From a virus, in the IMG/VR virus record IMGVR_UViG_3300043409_001877, positions 1 through 64,000 of that record: 64,000 nucleotides of DNA; one strand, 5' to 3'. The position numbers were made by a program, and so were the translations under genes. Every line of letters begins with the position of its first letter. The stretch's first letter is position 1. Below the pieces are notes generated by a model. The model saw nothing but the letters and a program-made list of their open reading frames with translations, had not been told where the DNA came from and ran no database searches. Below, piece after piece: positions 1 to 9,082 of the stretch.

Positions 1-27
1 AAAAAAAAGGCTGAAATTATCAGCCTT
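1..27 (-). terminator. Intrinsic terminator closing the DUF2828/ncRNA unit
   Basis: Perfect 8-bp stem AAGGCTGA (7-14) / TCAGCCTT (20-27), 5-nt loop, followed on the minus strand by a U-run (A tract 1-8). Confidence 0.8.
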
Positions 28-36
28 CTAATTAGA

Positions 37-200
37 TAGAGTATTATCGGAATTGTTTGAATGTTAAAGTCATTCGTCCTGGCTGGGTAAAATCATCCTC
101 GCCACAGATGAAGTTTGCTTCGTTAACTTTTTCAAGTTACTAGGCTTTTCGGATAGTTGTATGTTTTTTTAACTTTGCTGCAATTATTCCCAATACTCTA
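37..200 (-). ncRNA. Candidate structured ncRNA (Y-RNA-like) downstream of the Ro60/TROVE-like gene
   Basis: Ends pair: TAGAGTATT (37-45) with AATACTCTA (192-200), continued after a bulge by GGAAT/ATTCC. Internal GNRA hairpin UAACUU-GAAA-AAGUUA (124-139). Lies between the DUF2828 stop and a terminator. Confidence 0.55.
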
Positions 201-205
201 ATATT

Positions 206-1600
206 TTAAGCAGTAATAAGCTCGTAACGTGTGCTATTAACTGTTTTATTCATGATACCAATTGGTGACATATCTTCACCTGTCAACAATGATTTTAAGA
301 TTGCTGGTGAGAAACCACTAACCAACGCTGTACCATTATCACCAACTTGAACTGGGAAGTTTCCAGCACTTCTGCTTTGGATATTCCAGAACACTAATTT
401 TGGCATTGCGTAACCAGCTGTTTCGTATTTTTCACTAATCATATCCAACGCACTTCCTCTGTGATTAGTAGCTTGATTAAACTCCATGTCTGACATAATC
501 AAAACTGTTGTTGGCATTTCCGATTCTGGTAAGTTGAATCCAATTGCCTGATTAAGAATCAAAGTAAACACAGCTTCAAGGTTAGTACTCATACCCCAAT
601 CAGAATGTTGTAATTGACGATAACGGTCTTTTAAATTACCGTTAAGGTATTGCAATACTGGTGATTCAGAGAATGTTATAAACGCATCCTTAAATTTACC
701 TTCGTTTCTTTCTGAAATATACAACCCTAAAGAAATACATACATCCAAACAAGTAACAGTTTTACCTGCTGGTGAACTCATAGAACCAGAAACGTCACAC
801 ACTGGTAACACTCTTTCATTGCTACCTTCCATGTAGTTAGGTAACGCATCCCATTGCTTTACAGCCATTGTTTGATCTCCCTTTTGTAAGGTTTTCAATA
901 CATCGTATGGGTATACAGCTGAAGCGTTAACTTTAGTATCGCCATTTTTGTATGCATCAAAACGAGTTGAGTCATGTTTACCAAACGCTTTACCATAACG
1001 AGCCATAGCAACAGATGGTACATGTTCATAAGTAATACCATTCCATTCTTTAGCACACATAGCTGTTTCAACAACATTAGTTTTTTCAACTAACATTTTA
1101 CGATACTCTTTTGGAGATAATTTCATGTAACGTTCTAAAGCAATAGCTTCTTTACCTTTACGAGGCATCCACTTAGCACATAAACCGTTATTCTCATTAA
1201 GAGCACTTACGATTAAGTTTTTAGCTTGCGTATCTAATTTAGTACCAAATAAAACTAATAAATCATCCCAACGACCATATTCGGAAACGTATGATAAATT
1301 TTTAGCTAACGACTCAGTATGATTTTCAACCAAATATAACATTAAATCTCTAAAGATCTGACGCTCACCAGCACCACCACGAACATCACGAGCCCAGAAC
1401 ATAGTTCTAAGAGCTACTAACGGATTTTCGTTAAATGCTTTTGAGAAGTTAACTACTAATCTTTTTTTGTCTTGCCCACGCATAGCTCCAATTGTGAAAA
1501 ATAAATCCACACAAGCATTAAGTGATGAACTATTGGTAACCATACCGTTTTCAGTTTGGTTATCTCTTGTTCTAAGTGCGTCTACTAATGAATTTGCCAT
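206..1600 (-). CDS. DUF2828 family TROVE/Ro60-like protein with C-terminal vWA domain
   Basis: Motifs ACVDLFF, RDVRGGAGER, EYGRWDDL, CAKWMPR; MIDAS DVSGSM; SDMEF; FWN; LVSGFS. Confidence 0.85.
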   Translation of the reverse strand: MANSLVDALRTRDNQTENGMVTNSSSLNACVDLFFTIGAMRGQDKKRLVVNFSKAFNENPLVALRTMFWARDVRGGAGERQIFRDLMLYLVENHTESLAKNLSYVSEYGRWDDLLVLFGTKLDTQAKNLIVSALNENNGLCAKWMPRKGKEAIALERYMKLSPKEYRKMLVEKTNVVETAMCAKEWNGITYEHVPSVAMARYGKAFGKHDSTRFDAYKNGDTKVNASAVYPYDVLKTLQKGDQTMAVKQWDALPNYMEGSNERVLPVCDVSGSMSSPAGKTVTCLDVCISLGLYISERNEGKFKDAFITFSESPVLQYLNGNLKDRYRQLQHSDWGMSTNLEAVFTLILNQAIGFNLPESEMPTTVLIMSDMEFNQATNHRGSALDMISEKYETAGYAMPKLVFWNIQSRSAGNFPVQVGDNGTALVSGFSPAILKSLLTGEDMSPIGIMNKTVNSTRYELITA

Positions 1601-1622
1601 TGTTTTATTTTTAATTACTTTA

Positions 1623-1653
1623 CAAAGATAAGCATAAATTCTTAAAAAACAAA
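1623..1653 (-). promoter_or_regulatory. Bacteroidota primary-sigma promoter (-33 TTTG / -7 TAnnTTTG)
   Basis: Minus strand TTTG (1653-1650), 19-nt spacer, TATCTTTG (1630-1623), 22 nt before the DUF2828 ATG. Confidence 0.8.
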
Positions 1654-1660
1654 TTTTTTA

Positions 1661-2017
1661 CTACTTTTTTTTATTTTTTTTATTTTTAAGCTTGAAAATG
1701 CTATCTGGTGGTTCAGATAGTGAGTATAAAAATTCGCCATCTTTGTTCAAACCACTCATTTGTAACATACCATCATTAATTAAATCATCAAACGTTTCAA
1801 CAACAGAAATTTTTCTGGTTGATTTAACAACCTCATCAAATTGTTCAAAATTAAGTGTCGGATCACCTAATTCAATTATGTTAGATGTAGCCACTTTTAA
1901 AATCTCATCATATAAGATATCTTTATCTAAAAAAGGATCTTCTTCACTAAAAAGATCCTCTTTATCCAACCCATCTATAAAATTTTTTGTGTAAATTATT
2001 GCATCAGTATTATCCAT
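1661..2017 (-). CDS. Hypothetical protein
   Basis: 118-aa ORF with an upstream host-type promoter. Confidence 0.65.
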   Translation of the reverse strand: MDNTDAIIYTKNFIDGLDKEDLFSEEDPFLDKDILYDEILKVATSNIIELGDPTLNFEQFDEVVKSTRKISVVETFDDLINDGMLQMSGLNKDGEFLYSLSEPPDSIFKLKNKKNKKK

Positions 2018-2021
2018 AAGA

Positions 2022-2053
2022 CAATAGTAATAAGAAAATATTAAAAAACCAAA
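2022..2053 (-). promoter_or_regulatory. Bacteroidota-type promoter variant
   Basis: TTTG (2053-2050), 20 nt, TACTATTG (2029-2022), just upstream of the ATG at 2017. Confidence 0.55.
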
Positions 2054-2400
2054 TCTTTCTTATCATAAGAATCTATTATTTCAAATATCTTCTTATTTGC
2101 CCATGTTGGTAATTTATCGTAATGTCTTCTAAATAGCTTAAAATCTGATGAATCTATATTAAACTCCTCAGTTGGGGTATCTTCATAGGTTGTCTTTCGT
2201 ACAGTATCGAAATACAGACTACCTAGCTCACAAGCGTATTGTCGCTCATTATTTGGGATAAAATCTACAGATAAGTATATATGGGACTTATCTGGTGATA
2301 TGTAATATATTTTTAATTTTTTGTTTTCATAGTCATATACTGTGAATTTATAAATAAACAACGTGTTAAGGTATTTAACCTTTTTATCAAAATTTCTCAT
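2041..2400 (-). CDS. Hypothetical protein
   Basis: 119-aa ORF fitting between neighbours. Confidence 0.6.
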   Translation of the reverse strand: MRNFDKKVKYLNTLFIYKFTVYDYENKKLKIYYISPDKSHIYLSVDFIPNNERQYACELGSLYFDTVRKTTYEDTPTEEFNIDSSDFKLFRRHYDKLPTWANKKIFEIIDSYDKKDLVF

Positions 2401-2476
2401 CTTTTTATCTTTTTGTAACTATTTATAATAGAACATTGCGAGAGATAAAAAGCTTTTAAATAAATATCGTAAAAAT

Positions 2477-2869
2477 ATGGAAAAGAAAAAAATTAAAGTA
2501 ACACAAAGACAAATTGAGCTTTTAGCTGAAAATGAAATGAATAGGTTAAAAAAAGAAGACATTGAAGGTATGATGGGTGATCCAGAGGACAGACGTGTTG
2601 AATATCCAACCCCAGGTGAAATTGAAGCCATTAAAACTGGCGAAGAAATGCCTACTGGTGATGATGATACAATCGACCCAAAAGATATGAAATCACCCCC
2701 TCATGAATTACTAAGTTATTTAGATAAAATCGAAGAGGCTAAATCAATTTTAAGTAAAGTTGCGGCTAAAGAAGATAACGAAAACATCAAAAACAGAATA
2801 TACGCTCACTACGAAAAAGCTCAAAAATTAGCTTTTGAATTAATTAAAGAGTTTGGTATTGTTCATTAA
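2477..2869 (+). CDS. Hypothetical acidic protein, possible head-internal protein
   Basis: N-terminal KIKVTQRQIELLAENE resembles the KVKVTESQL start of 8695..9045. TATTTAT upstream (2420-2426) and terminator downstream. Confidence 0.7.
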   Translation: MEKKKIKVTQRQIELLAENEMNRLKKEDIEGMMGDPEDRRVEYPTPGEIEAIKTGEEMPTGDDDTIDPKDMKSPPHELLSYLDKIEEAKSILSKVAAKEDNENIKNRIYAHYEKAQKLAFELIKEFGIVH

Positions 2870-2900
2870 TCAATTTATCTACATATAAAAATTATTACTA

Positions 2901-2928
2901 AGGGCGGTTATACCGCCTTTATTTTTTT
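2901..2928 (+). terminator. Intrinsic terminator
   Basis: GGCGGT-TAT-ACCGCC (2903-2917) followed by a T-rich tract. Confidence 0.7.
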
Positions 2929-2951
2929 ATATATTTTACTACTTTTAAGTT

Positions 2952-3581
2952 ATGTATAAAATCATATTATATAATAACGGTAAGAGAGTTAAGACCATTA
3001 GGTCATACCAACTCTATACAAACGCTATTAAAAAATATAGGGGTTTACTTAAGGATAATAAAACTTATTTCCCTAAAGAATATCTATGGAATGGTATTAA
3101 AACCGATTATGAGTTAGTTTTAACAGCACCACCAAAAAATAAAGCTATGGAGTTTTTTAGAAATGAAATTGGGGCTGTTGTTAAGATTAAAACTAAAGGT
3201 GATTTTGTTATAAAACAAATAACCAAATACACTATTGAGGATCGGTTTAAAAATAGAATCGATGGTAAAATGTATGATTTTAAATTATTAATAAAAAAAC
3301 TATTAAGTAATCAAAATTTAACATATACTATAATGGCTATTAATAATAAATTAGTCATTGAGTGTTTTGAGAATGATGATGTTGATGTGTTTGTGTTAAA
3401 GAATTGTGATATAGCTTACTCATTATCTGAAGCTATAAGGGTTTTTAATAACACAAATGGATTGACGAATTTCATATACTTCCAGGAACCAACATTAGAT
3501 ACTAAGATGAGGGTTTATGATGATCTAGAACTTAAATACGGTATTAGTAAAGATTACATGCAAAAGGTAACGACCCGTTAA
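2952..3581 (+). CDS. Hypothetical protein
   Basis: 209-aa ORF, converges on 3578..3796 with a 4-nt overlap. Confidence 0.7.
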   Translation: MYKIILYNNGKRVKTIRSYQLYTNAIKKYRGLLKDNKTYFPKEYLWNGIKTDYELVLTAPPKNKAMEFFRNEIGAVVKIKTKGDFVIKQITKYTIEDRFKNRIDGKMYDFKLLIKKLLSNQNLTYTIMAINNKLVIECFENDDVDVFVLKNCDIAYSLSEAIRVFNNTNGLTNFIYFQEPTLDTKMRVYDDLELKYGISKDYMQKVTTR

Positions 3582-3796
3582 CTCATTTTAAGTACAAATT
3601 TAACGTTATAAATAATCACATCAAATTTATCTTTTGATTTATACCCCTGTAAAGTGTTGTTTTGTATTTTAAACACTTCTTGTTGTAAATTTTCGTGCTT
3701 TGATTCATTTAAATAAATGGTAATATCCGTTGTTATTTTATCACCAATTGTTTGAGTAATAATCTTAGCTAATTTATATAATTCACCAAGTTTCAT
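3578..3796 (-). CDS. Hypothetical protein
   Basis: 72 aa, start overlaps the upstream stop (coupled). Confidence 0.6.
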   Translation of the reverse strand: MKLGELYKLAKIITQTIGDKITTDITIYLNESKHENLQQEVFKIQNNTLQGYKSKDKFDVIIYNVKFVLKMS

Positions 3797-4008
3797 ATAT
3801 ATTTAAAGACCTTATTAATCTTTGTTTTTAATTTTTGTAAAAATGATGGTTCTGGTTTAATGTAGGTTCTATAGTCATTAATCTTTTCACCCAAACCAGA
3901 TTTAATAGTTTTTGCAAATTTTTCTTTTTCAGTGTCAATTTCTATTTGATCTTTCCAAAGTTCTTTTTCGTAAACTTTAATAGCTTTTTCTATGTTCTTA
4001 TCACCCAT
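3793..4008 (-). CDS. Hypothetical protein
   Basis: 71 aa, coupled to neighbours. Confidence 0.6.
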   Translation of the reverse strand: MGDKNIEKAIKVYEKELWKDQIEIDTEKEKFAKTIKSGLGEKINDYRTYIKPEPSFLQKLKTKINKVFKYI

Positions 4009-4616
4009 TACTTATAAATATAAATAGTAAAATCTTCATCATTATGGTAATTTGTTACTAATACGGTATTATCTGAACCGTACCTAATTTTAAACTCTTC
4101 ATAAAATTCATTTGGGTCGAACGTATTAAATACACTATCTTCACCATCATTAAATGCGTTGGTTAAGAAATTAAAAGCAACACCCTTATTAGCCAAATTA
4201 TAAGCATAATCAATAGCGCCTAATATCTCGTTTTTAGGCATTTTAACAGTAAACATACCCGAACCTATGATATAATCAAAAGAGTCGCTTAAATCGAATA
4301 TTTCACCCGTTTTAAATGAAATGTCTGGATGTTTTTGAATAGCATAAAAAATATAATGTGGGTTGATGTCAACTCCGCTGTATTTAGTTGTTGGGTGATT
4401 TATGTTATTTAAGTAATTAACAAAATGACCTAAACCACAACCAAGATCTAAAATACTATCATCTTCAGTAATACCAATATCATATAAAACTTTAAACCTA
4501 TCAGTTTGAGCCTCTGTTGAATCCCAAGCAACTGCTTCTGGTTTATTTATATCAGTATATAATAAAAACGGTGTGTAGAATTGAATAATCTCCTCTTTAT
4601 AATTCGTCCTTGACAT
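4008..4616 (-). CDS. Class I SAM-dependent methyltransferase
   Basis: Motif I SILDLGCGLG, motif II YSGVDIN, FDYIIGSG. Confidence 0.85.
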   Translation of the reverse strand: MSRTNYKEEIIQFYTPFLLYTDINKPEAVAWDSTEAQTDRFKVLYDIGITEDDSILDLGCGLGHFVNYLNNINHPTTKYSGVDINPHYIFYAIQKHPDISFKTGEIFDLSDSFDYIIGSGMFTVKMPKNEILGAIDYAYNLANKGVAFNFLTNAFNDGEDSVFNTFDPNEFYEEFKIRYGSDNTVLVTNYHNDEDFTIYIYK

Positions 4617-4932
4617 GTCTCTCTAGGTTTAATTGAATTAGATATAATAACCAAATGACCCCAGATATAAAAGATGCGTCAAATATGGAATATGTGATTA
4701 GTTGTAATATATTTGAATGAGCAGCTGAAAACAGGTCATAAGATGGTGAAAATTTAAACCCCAAACTAAAAAATAAACCTACCCAAAAACCACTACACAT
4801 CATACAATTCAATAGTTTATGGACAAAATTAACTCGATCTTTAAAAAATTCTCTAACAGGTTCCATTATTTTACTTTGTACGAGCAATAAAGTTATACCG
4901 TAGCAACCCATAATAAAATATAGTAACATCAT
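4597..4932 (-). CDS. DUF1360-like membrane protein
   Basis: Hydrophobic helices and LLNCMMCSGFWVG (CxxC..W) motif. Confidence 0.6.
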   Translation of the reverse strand: MMLLYFIMGCYGITLLLVQSKIMEPVREFFKDRVNFVHKLLNCMMCSGFWVGLFFSLGFKFSPSYDLFSAAHSNILQLITYSIFDASFISGVIWLLYLIQLNLERHVKDEL

Positions 4933-4933
4933 A

Positions 4934-5473
4934 TTATTTTTTCTTTTTATCTAAATTTACTGGAATTATATTACCATCACCCATTGTTGCAGCATCTTCT
5001 TCATTATCCTCATCACTATCACGAATATCAGCTTCTGTTGTTAATTCTGGTATTAAATCTGGTGTTAATTCATTATCATCATTCGGGTCTATTTGTGTTG
5101 GCTCTGTTAGTACAAATGGGGTATCAAATTGGATTTGTTTTAACTCATCATAACTTAATGATGTAAATAACTTTTTAAGTTCACCCATTTTTTGTGAAAA
5201 TAATTTTTGTTTTTTCTCAATATCCAAATTATGATCAATAATGTCTGATAGATGTTTAAACAATTGTTCAAAATTCATTGACTCAGTAAAAATAATGTAA
5301 TAGGCTCTATTACCATTTTCATCATCTTTTTGCTTCTTAATGTTATATTGGTCTGTTGTTTTTAACAGTTCCCAATCATTATTAAGCCAAAAATCTATAA
5401 TTTTTGTTGTTTTATTAACCCTGAATCCAATGATATTTTCTGGGTATTTTTCAAATAATTTATCTATTTTCAT
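4934..5473 (-). CDS. Hypothetical protein with acidic C-terminus
   Basis: 179-aa ORF in an operon-like arrangement. Confidence 0.7.
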   Translation of the reverse strand: MKIDKLFEKYPENIIGFRVNKTTKIIDFWLNNDWELLKTTDQYNIKKQKDDENGNRAYYIIFTESMNFEQLFKHLSDIIDHNLDIEKKQKLFSQKMGELKKLFTSLSYDELKQIQFDTPFVLTEPTQIDPNDDNELTPDLIPELTTEADIRDSDEDNEEDAATMGDGNIIPVNLDKKKK

Positions 5474-5679
5474 AGTCCAATTCCTTTAAATATTGTTGTT
5501 AATATAACTGCAACAGATACAGCTAAATAGGTAAGTGTTTTAGGGTTAATTTCAAAACTCTGAGGTTCTGGTTTGTTTAAATGTCTTATAAATAAGAATA
5601 ATTGTCTAATAATAATAAGACAAGACATAAAAAATACTACAAATAAAGCTTTATCGATTAACGTTGTTAATATTTCCAT
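5470..5679 (-). CDS. Small two-helix membrane protein
   Basis: 69 aa, two hydrophobic segments. Confidence 0.6.
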   Translation of the reverse strand: MEILTTLIDKALFVVFFMSCLIIIRQLFLFIRHLNKPEPQSFEINPKTLTYLAVSVAVILTTIFKGIGL

Positions 5680-5689
5680 AATTTTCTTA

Positions 5690-5721
5690 CAAATATAGTA
5701 AAAGAAATGGAAATTATCAAG
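5690..5721 (-). promoter_or_regulatory. Bacteroidota-type promoter
   Basis: CTTG (5721-5718), 20 nt, TATATTTG (5697-5690), 10 nt before the ATG at 5679. Confidence 0.65.
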
Positions 5722-6190
5722 CTGGTTTTGTGAAATATTTGTTTAAAATTTTATAAATTTCAATAAAAATGTCGTATTCTGATTTTGTTTTAATTTTAGT
5801 TAACGACAATATATTAGCCCAAAAATCAATAATCTTATTAAATAATAATCTACTTTTGTCTTGATTATTATAAAATATTTCACTAAAATAATTTAAAAAA
5901 TAATAATAGTGTTCGCCATTTGATATGAATTTTATATTTTCTTTACTGAAGTGTTCAATATTTTTATTCCAACACCAGGTAAAGTGAGATTTTCTATCAT
6001 TATCATCTATGATAACATCATCACCAAGATAAGTGTCATGAATTAAATAACCCAACGAAATAATAAAATCACAATACAACTCAACCCTTTCTGGTATCAC
6101 ATTATTAATGTTATTCAAATATGTTAGTTGTTCAGTACTTAATGGTTTAGAAAAGTACTCTATGAATCTACCTATGGGTTCTCTATTCAT
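5717..6190 (-). CDS. Hypothetical protein
   Basis: 157-aa ORF preceded by TATTTAT (6213-6207). Confidence 0.7.
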   Translation of the reverse strand: MNREPIGRFIEYFSKPLSTEQLTYLNNINNVIPERVELYCDFIISLGYLIHDTYLGDDVIIDDNDRKSHFTWCWNKNIEHFSKENIKFISNGEHYYYFLNYFSEIFYNNQDKSRLLFNKIIDFWANILSLTKIKTKSEYDIFIEIYKILNKYFTKPA

Positions 6191-6210
6191 TTATAAATCG
6201 CTTATAATAA

Positions 6211-6236
6211 ATAAGGACTCCATTAGAAGCCCTTAT
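6211..6236 (-). terminator. Hairpin/terminator after the 809-aa gene
   Basis: Minus RNA AUAAGGGCUUC-UAAU-GGAGUCCUUAU forms an 11-bp stem using G-U pairs that work only on the minus strand. Confidence 0.6.
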
Positions 6237-6265
6237 AAATTAAATATAATATTTTTTTTTAAAAA

Positions 6266-8695
6266 TTAAATGAACTTTTTGTTCGAAATTTGTTTATAAA
6301 GAATTTCAGTTTCATTAAGAGCTTTTGTTAATTTGTTCTCTTCAACTATTTTCTTTTCATATCCAAACATGGCTTTCATTCTTTCGATATCTTTATTAGT
6401 CTCTTCGTTAAATACTGTTGTTTTAACGTACCCTTGATTCTTTTCAACAGCTGTCCTGTCATGGCTTGATGAATAATCGTTAGCATTAATAGCTGGATCT
6501 TTAGATCTTTCTTTAGCAGCATTAATCAAATTTTTACCAGTATCTGTTTTAACAACATTGGCGTGATCATCTGGTGCATTGCCCTCAGCCTGATCTAATA
6601 CTCTATCTTTTTGGTCTTTAGACATTTCAGTTCTATAATCTAAATCTAAATTGTTTCTCCAACCATTTAATTTACCAGCAACATCTTTTTCAAATTCGTT
6701 TGGTGTATGCTTTTGGTTTTTTAAGTTATCAACTTTTTGTTCAACAGAATCTTGAGATTTTTCAGCATCAGTAGTTGCTTCTTTATTTTCTTTGTTTGAT
6801 TCTGTTTTATTTGTTGATGTTGTGTTCTTACCAACAACTGGTTTAAAGGTTGGTAAATTACCTTCTTCTAAACGATCTTCATCATCATCATATAAACCTA
6901 ATTCATCAGCTTTAACAATAGAATCAATTGAAATTTTTTCTGGAGAAAATTTAGTACCAATTTCGTCATCATCATTTGTTGTATCTAATTCCTTATTAGC
7001 ATTTCTATCTTCGATACCCATTTCGATTGAATCTATTTTACTTTTAGTTGTGTAAATACTATTTTTCATATCAAAAATATCAGATAAAACATCTTCCATA
7101 ACATCTAAAGTTTCAAAACCAATTGAATCACCAAATTTAGCAAAATAACCACGTTTTCTTGGTTCAACTAAACCACTAAATACATCGGGATAACCAGCGC
7201 CTAATTTTGTTAATCTGCTATAATATTCAACACTACTTTCATCTTCTTTTTTAGTTAAGAAATCCATGAAACCTTCGTTAGTATATTCAACACCTTGTAA
7301 TTCAGTGTTGTAATATTGATTCATTGTAGATGCATCTAATTTAGCAACCATTGGAGTAAAATTACTAACATATTTGCTATATTTTGTAATCTTATCGTCT
7401 AACACTTTTTTCATCTTTAAAAGATATGTTGGACTTTCTTGATCGTCATCATCGTCATCATCTTCGTTTTCCATCATAGGTTCATCACCAACGCCAATTA
7501 CAGTAACAGCTGGTTGTGTTTCAGCGCCTGGCATTTCAACTTCACCAGTACCTTCTTCAGACTCAACTGTTAAGAAATCAAATACTTGATCAATACTTTC
7601 TTTAGCTGTTGCTATGTGATCAGCAGCCCAATCGTGACCGTTTTCTAAGATAGATTCAATTTTAGATGGATCCATAGCCATCATTTCTTCAACATGATGT
7701 TTAATTAACTCCAAATTACTAAAGAACATATATCTACTACCACCTTCTTCAGCGTGTTCAACACCTTCATCTTTACGCATCATTTCAAAATCAGCTCCGC
7801 TAATTTTACCATCATGGTTTTTATCAAGTTCTTTTTGACCACCAATTAATTTTTCACCTAAATATGATTGCATTTTTGAACCACATTCGCTCTCATTACT
7901 AACACAAGATTTATACATCTCACACATGATCTGATCATCTTCCATCATAGTTGAGCATTGATTTTCATATGTACCACCTTCGTTTAATTCTTCAGATAAA
8001 AATCCTTCTTGAACTAACACTTCATAAAGACAATCGGATTTTTCCTTCATCATTTCGTACATAGCTGATCTCATTTCTGAAACCGATAAATTACTTAAAT
8101 TATTCATTTCGTTTATATTTTGTTTTTTATTTTTTAATTCTATTGATTCGTCTAATTTAATCATTTCACGCAAATATCTTTCTCTAATAATTTTAGCGAT
8201 AGCTTCAGGTGTTTTTTTAGTTTCATTAGCAACATGTGAACAATACTCATAACAGTTTGAACACATACCTTCTTTAGTTTCACCAATTAATTTGATTGGT
8301 TTATCTATAGCACCTTGTGAACAATATGGAAACGCTAAACATTTTGGTTCTATTGTCACCAATTTACCACCGTTCCAGCTTGGTTTTTGTTTAAGGTCAG
8401 CACCAAACCAATCGTTAAGGTCAGATTCAGTTACCATTTTACCCTCAATAGAATAAACATGTTCTTTAACATAACCTTGAGGCGCTGTAACTAACTTACC
8501 AGTACCAGCTGAGTTTTTTACGCTACCATCTTGCCAAGTATTGAATAACCTGCTATTTAATTTTTTTCTTGAAATACGACCCAAAGGGCCTATATACCCA
8601 CCATATGTTGGACTACCTGGATCACCTAAAACAGATCCTGTGGTTGTACCAACAGCGCCTTCACCATCTTCGTTAATATGTTTTTTATTTTCCAT
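6266..8695 (-). CDS. Large acidic protein, putative head-internal/virion protein
   Basis: Many (I/L/V)-x-E motifs, EF-hand-like DKNHDGKISGADF, Cys cluster CLAFPYC...CSNCYEYC. Confidence 0.65.
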   Translation of the reverse strand: MENKKHINEDGEGAVGTTTGSVLGDPGSPTYGGYIGPLGRISRKKLNSRLFNTWQDGSVKNSAGTGKLVTAPQGYVKEHVYSIEGKMVTESDLNDWFGADLKQKPSWNGGKLVTIEPKCLAFPYCSQGAIDKPIKLIGETKEGMCSNCYEYCSHVANETKKTPEAIAKIIRERYLREMIKLDESIELKNKKQNINEMNNLSNLSVSEMRSAMYEMMKEKSDCLYEVLVQEGFLSEELNEGGTYENQCSTMMEDDQIMCEMYKSCVSNESECGSKMQSYLGEKLIGGQKELDKNHDGKISGADFEMMRKDEGVEHAEEGGSRYMFFSNLELIKHHVEEMMAMDPSKIESILENGHDWAADHIATAKESIDQVFDFLTVESEEGTGEVEMPGAETQPAVTVIGVGDEPMMENEDDDDDDDQESPTYLLKMKKVLDDKITKYSKYVSNFTPMVAKLDASTMNQYYNTELQGVEYTNEGFMDFLTKKEDESSVEYYSRLTKLGAGYPDVFSGLVEPRKRGYFAKFGDSIGFETLDVMEDVLSDIFDMKNSIYTTKSKIDSIEMGIEDRNANKELDTTNDDDEIGTKFSPEKISIDSIVKADELGLYDDDEDRLEEGNLPTFKPVVGKNTTSTNKTESNKENKEATTDAEKSQDSVEQKVDNLKNQKHTPNEFEKDVAGKLNGWRNNLDLDYRTEMSKDQKDRVLDQAEGNAPDDHANVVKTDTGKNLINAAKERSKDPAINANDYSSSHDRTAVEKNQGYVKTTVFNEETNKDIERMKAMFGYEKKIVEENKLTKALNETEILYKQISNKKFI

Positions 8696-9045
8696 TAGCT
8701 AGCTGAATTTTTTAAGTCATTAGACCAGAAACTTCTTCTAGTCCATAGGTTTTTATATAATTGAACTAATACGTTTCTAGTTATATCTACAATATACTTT
8801 TCAATATCTTTATCCGTTTTAAACTTCTTTTTAATAATGTCAGTAACTTTTTTTTCTAAGTCTGAACTTCTATTAATATCTAAAAAATCTTTGATTTCTT
8901 TTTTAACCATAGTTTTAACATCACTCTTATCTGTTGGTGTTAAAGCCTCAGTAATAACAGATTCATCACATAGACACATGTCCATTTCCTTTATAACCTC
9001 ATTAAAATAGGTTGCTAATTGGGATTCTGTTACTTTTACTTTCAT
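8695..9045 (-). CDS. Hypothetical protein, putative head-internal protein
   Basis: MKVKVTESQL start, ITE motif, TATTTAT 12 nt upstream. Confidence 0.65.
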   Translation of the reverse strand: MKVKVTESQLATYFNEVIKEMDMCLCDESVITEALTPTDKSDVKTMVKKEIKDFLDINRSSDLEKKVTDIIKKKFKTDKDIEKYIVDITRNVLVQLYKNLWTRRSFWSNDLKNSAS

Positions 9046-9082
9046 TATATTTTATATATAAATAGTTGCCAAAACAACAATG

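Noticed and set aside
37-200. tRNA or tmRNA identity for the non-coding element
   Set aside because: No TTC-containing T-loop, cloverleaf or CCA end recognisable on either strand.
2419-2631. Minus-strand 70-aa ORF
   Set aside because: Antisense to the better-supported plus-strand gene 2477..2869, which has its own upstream motif and terminator.
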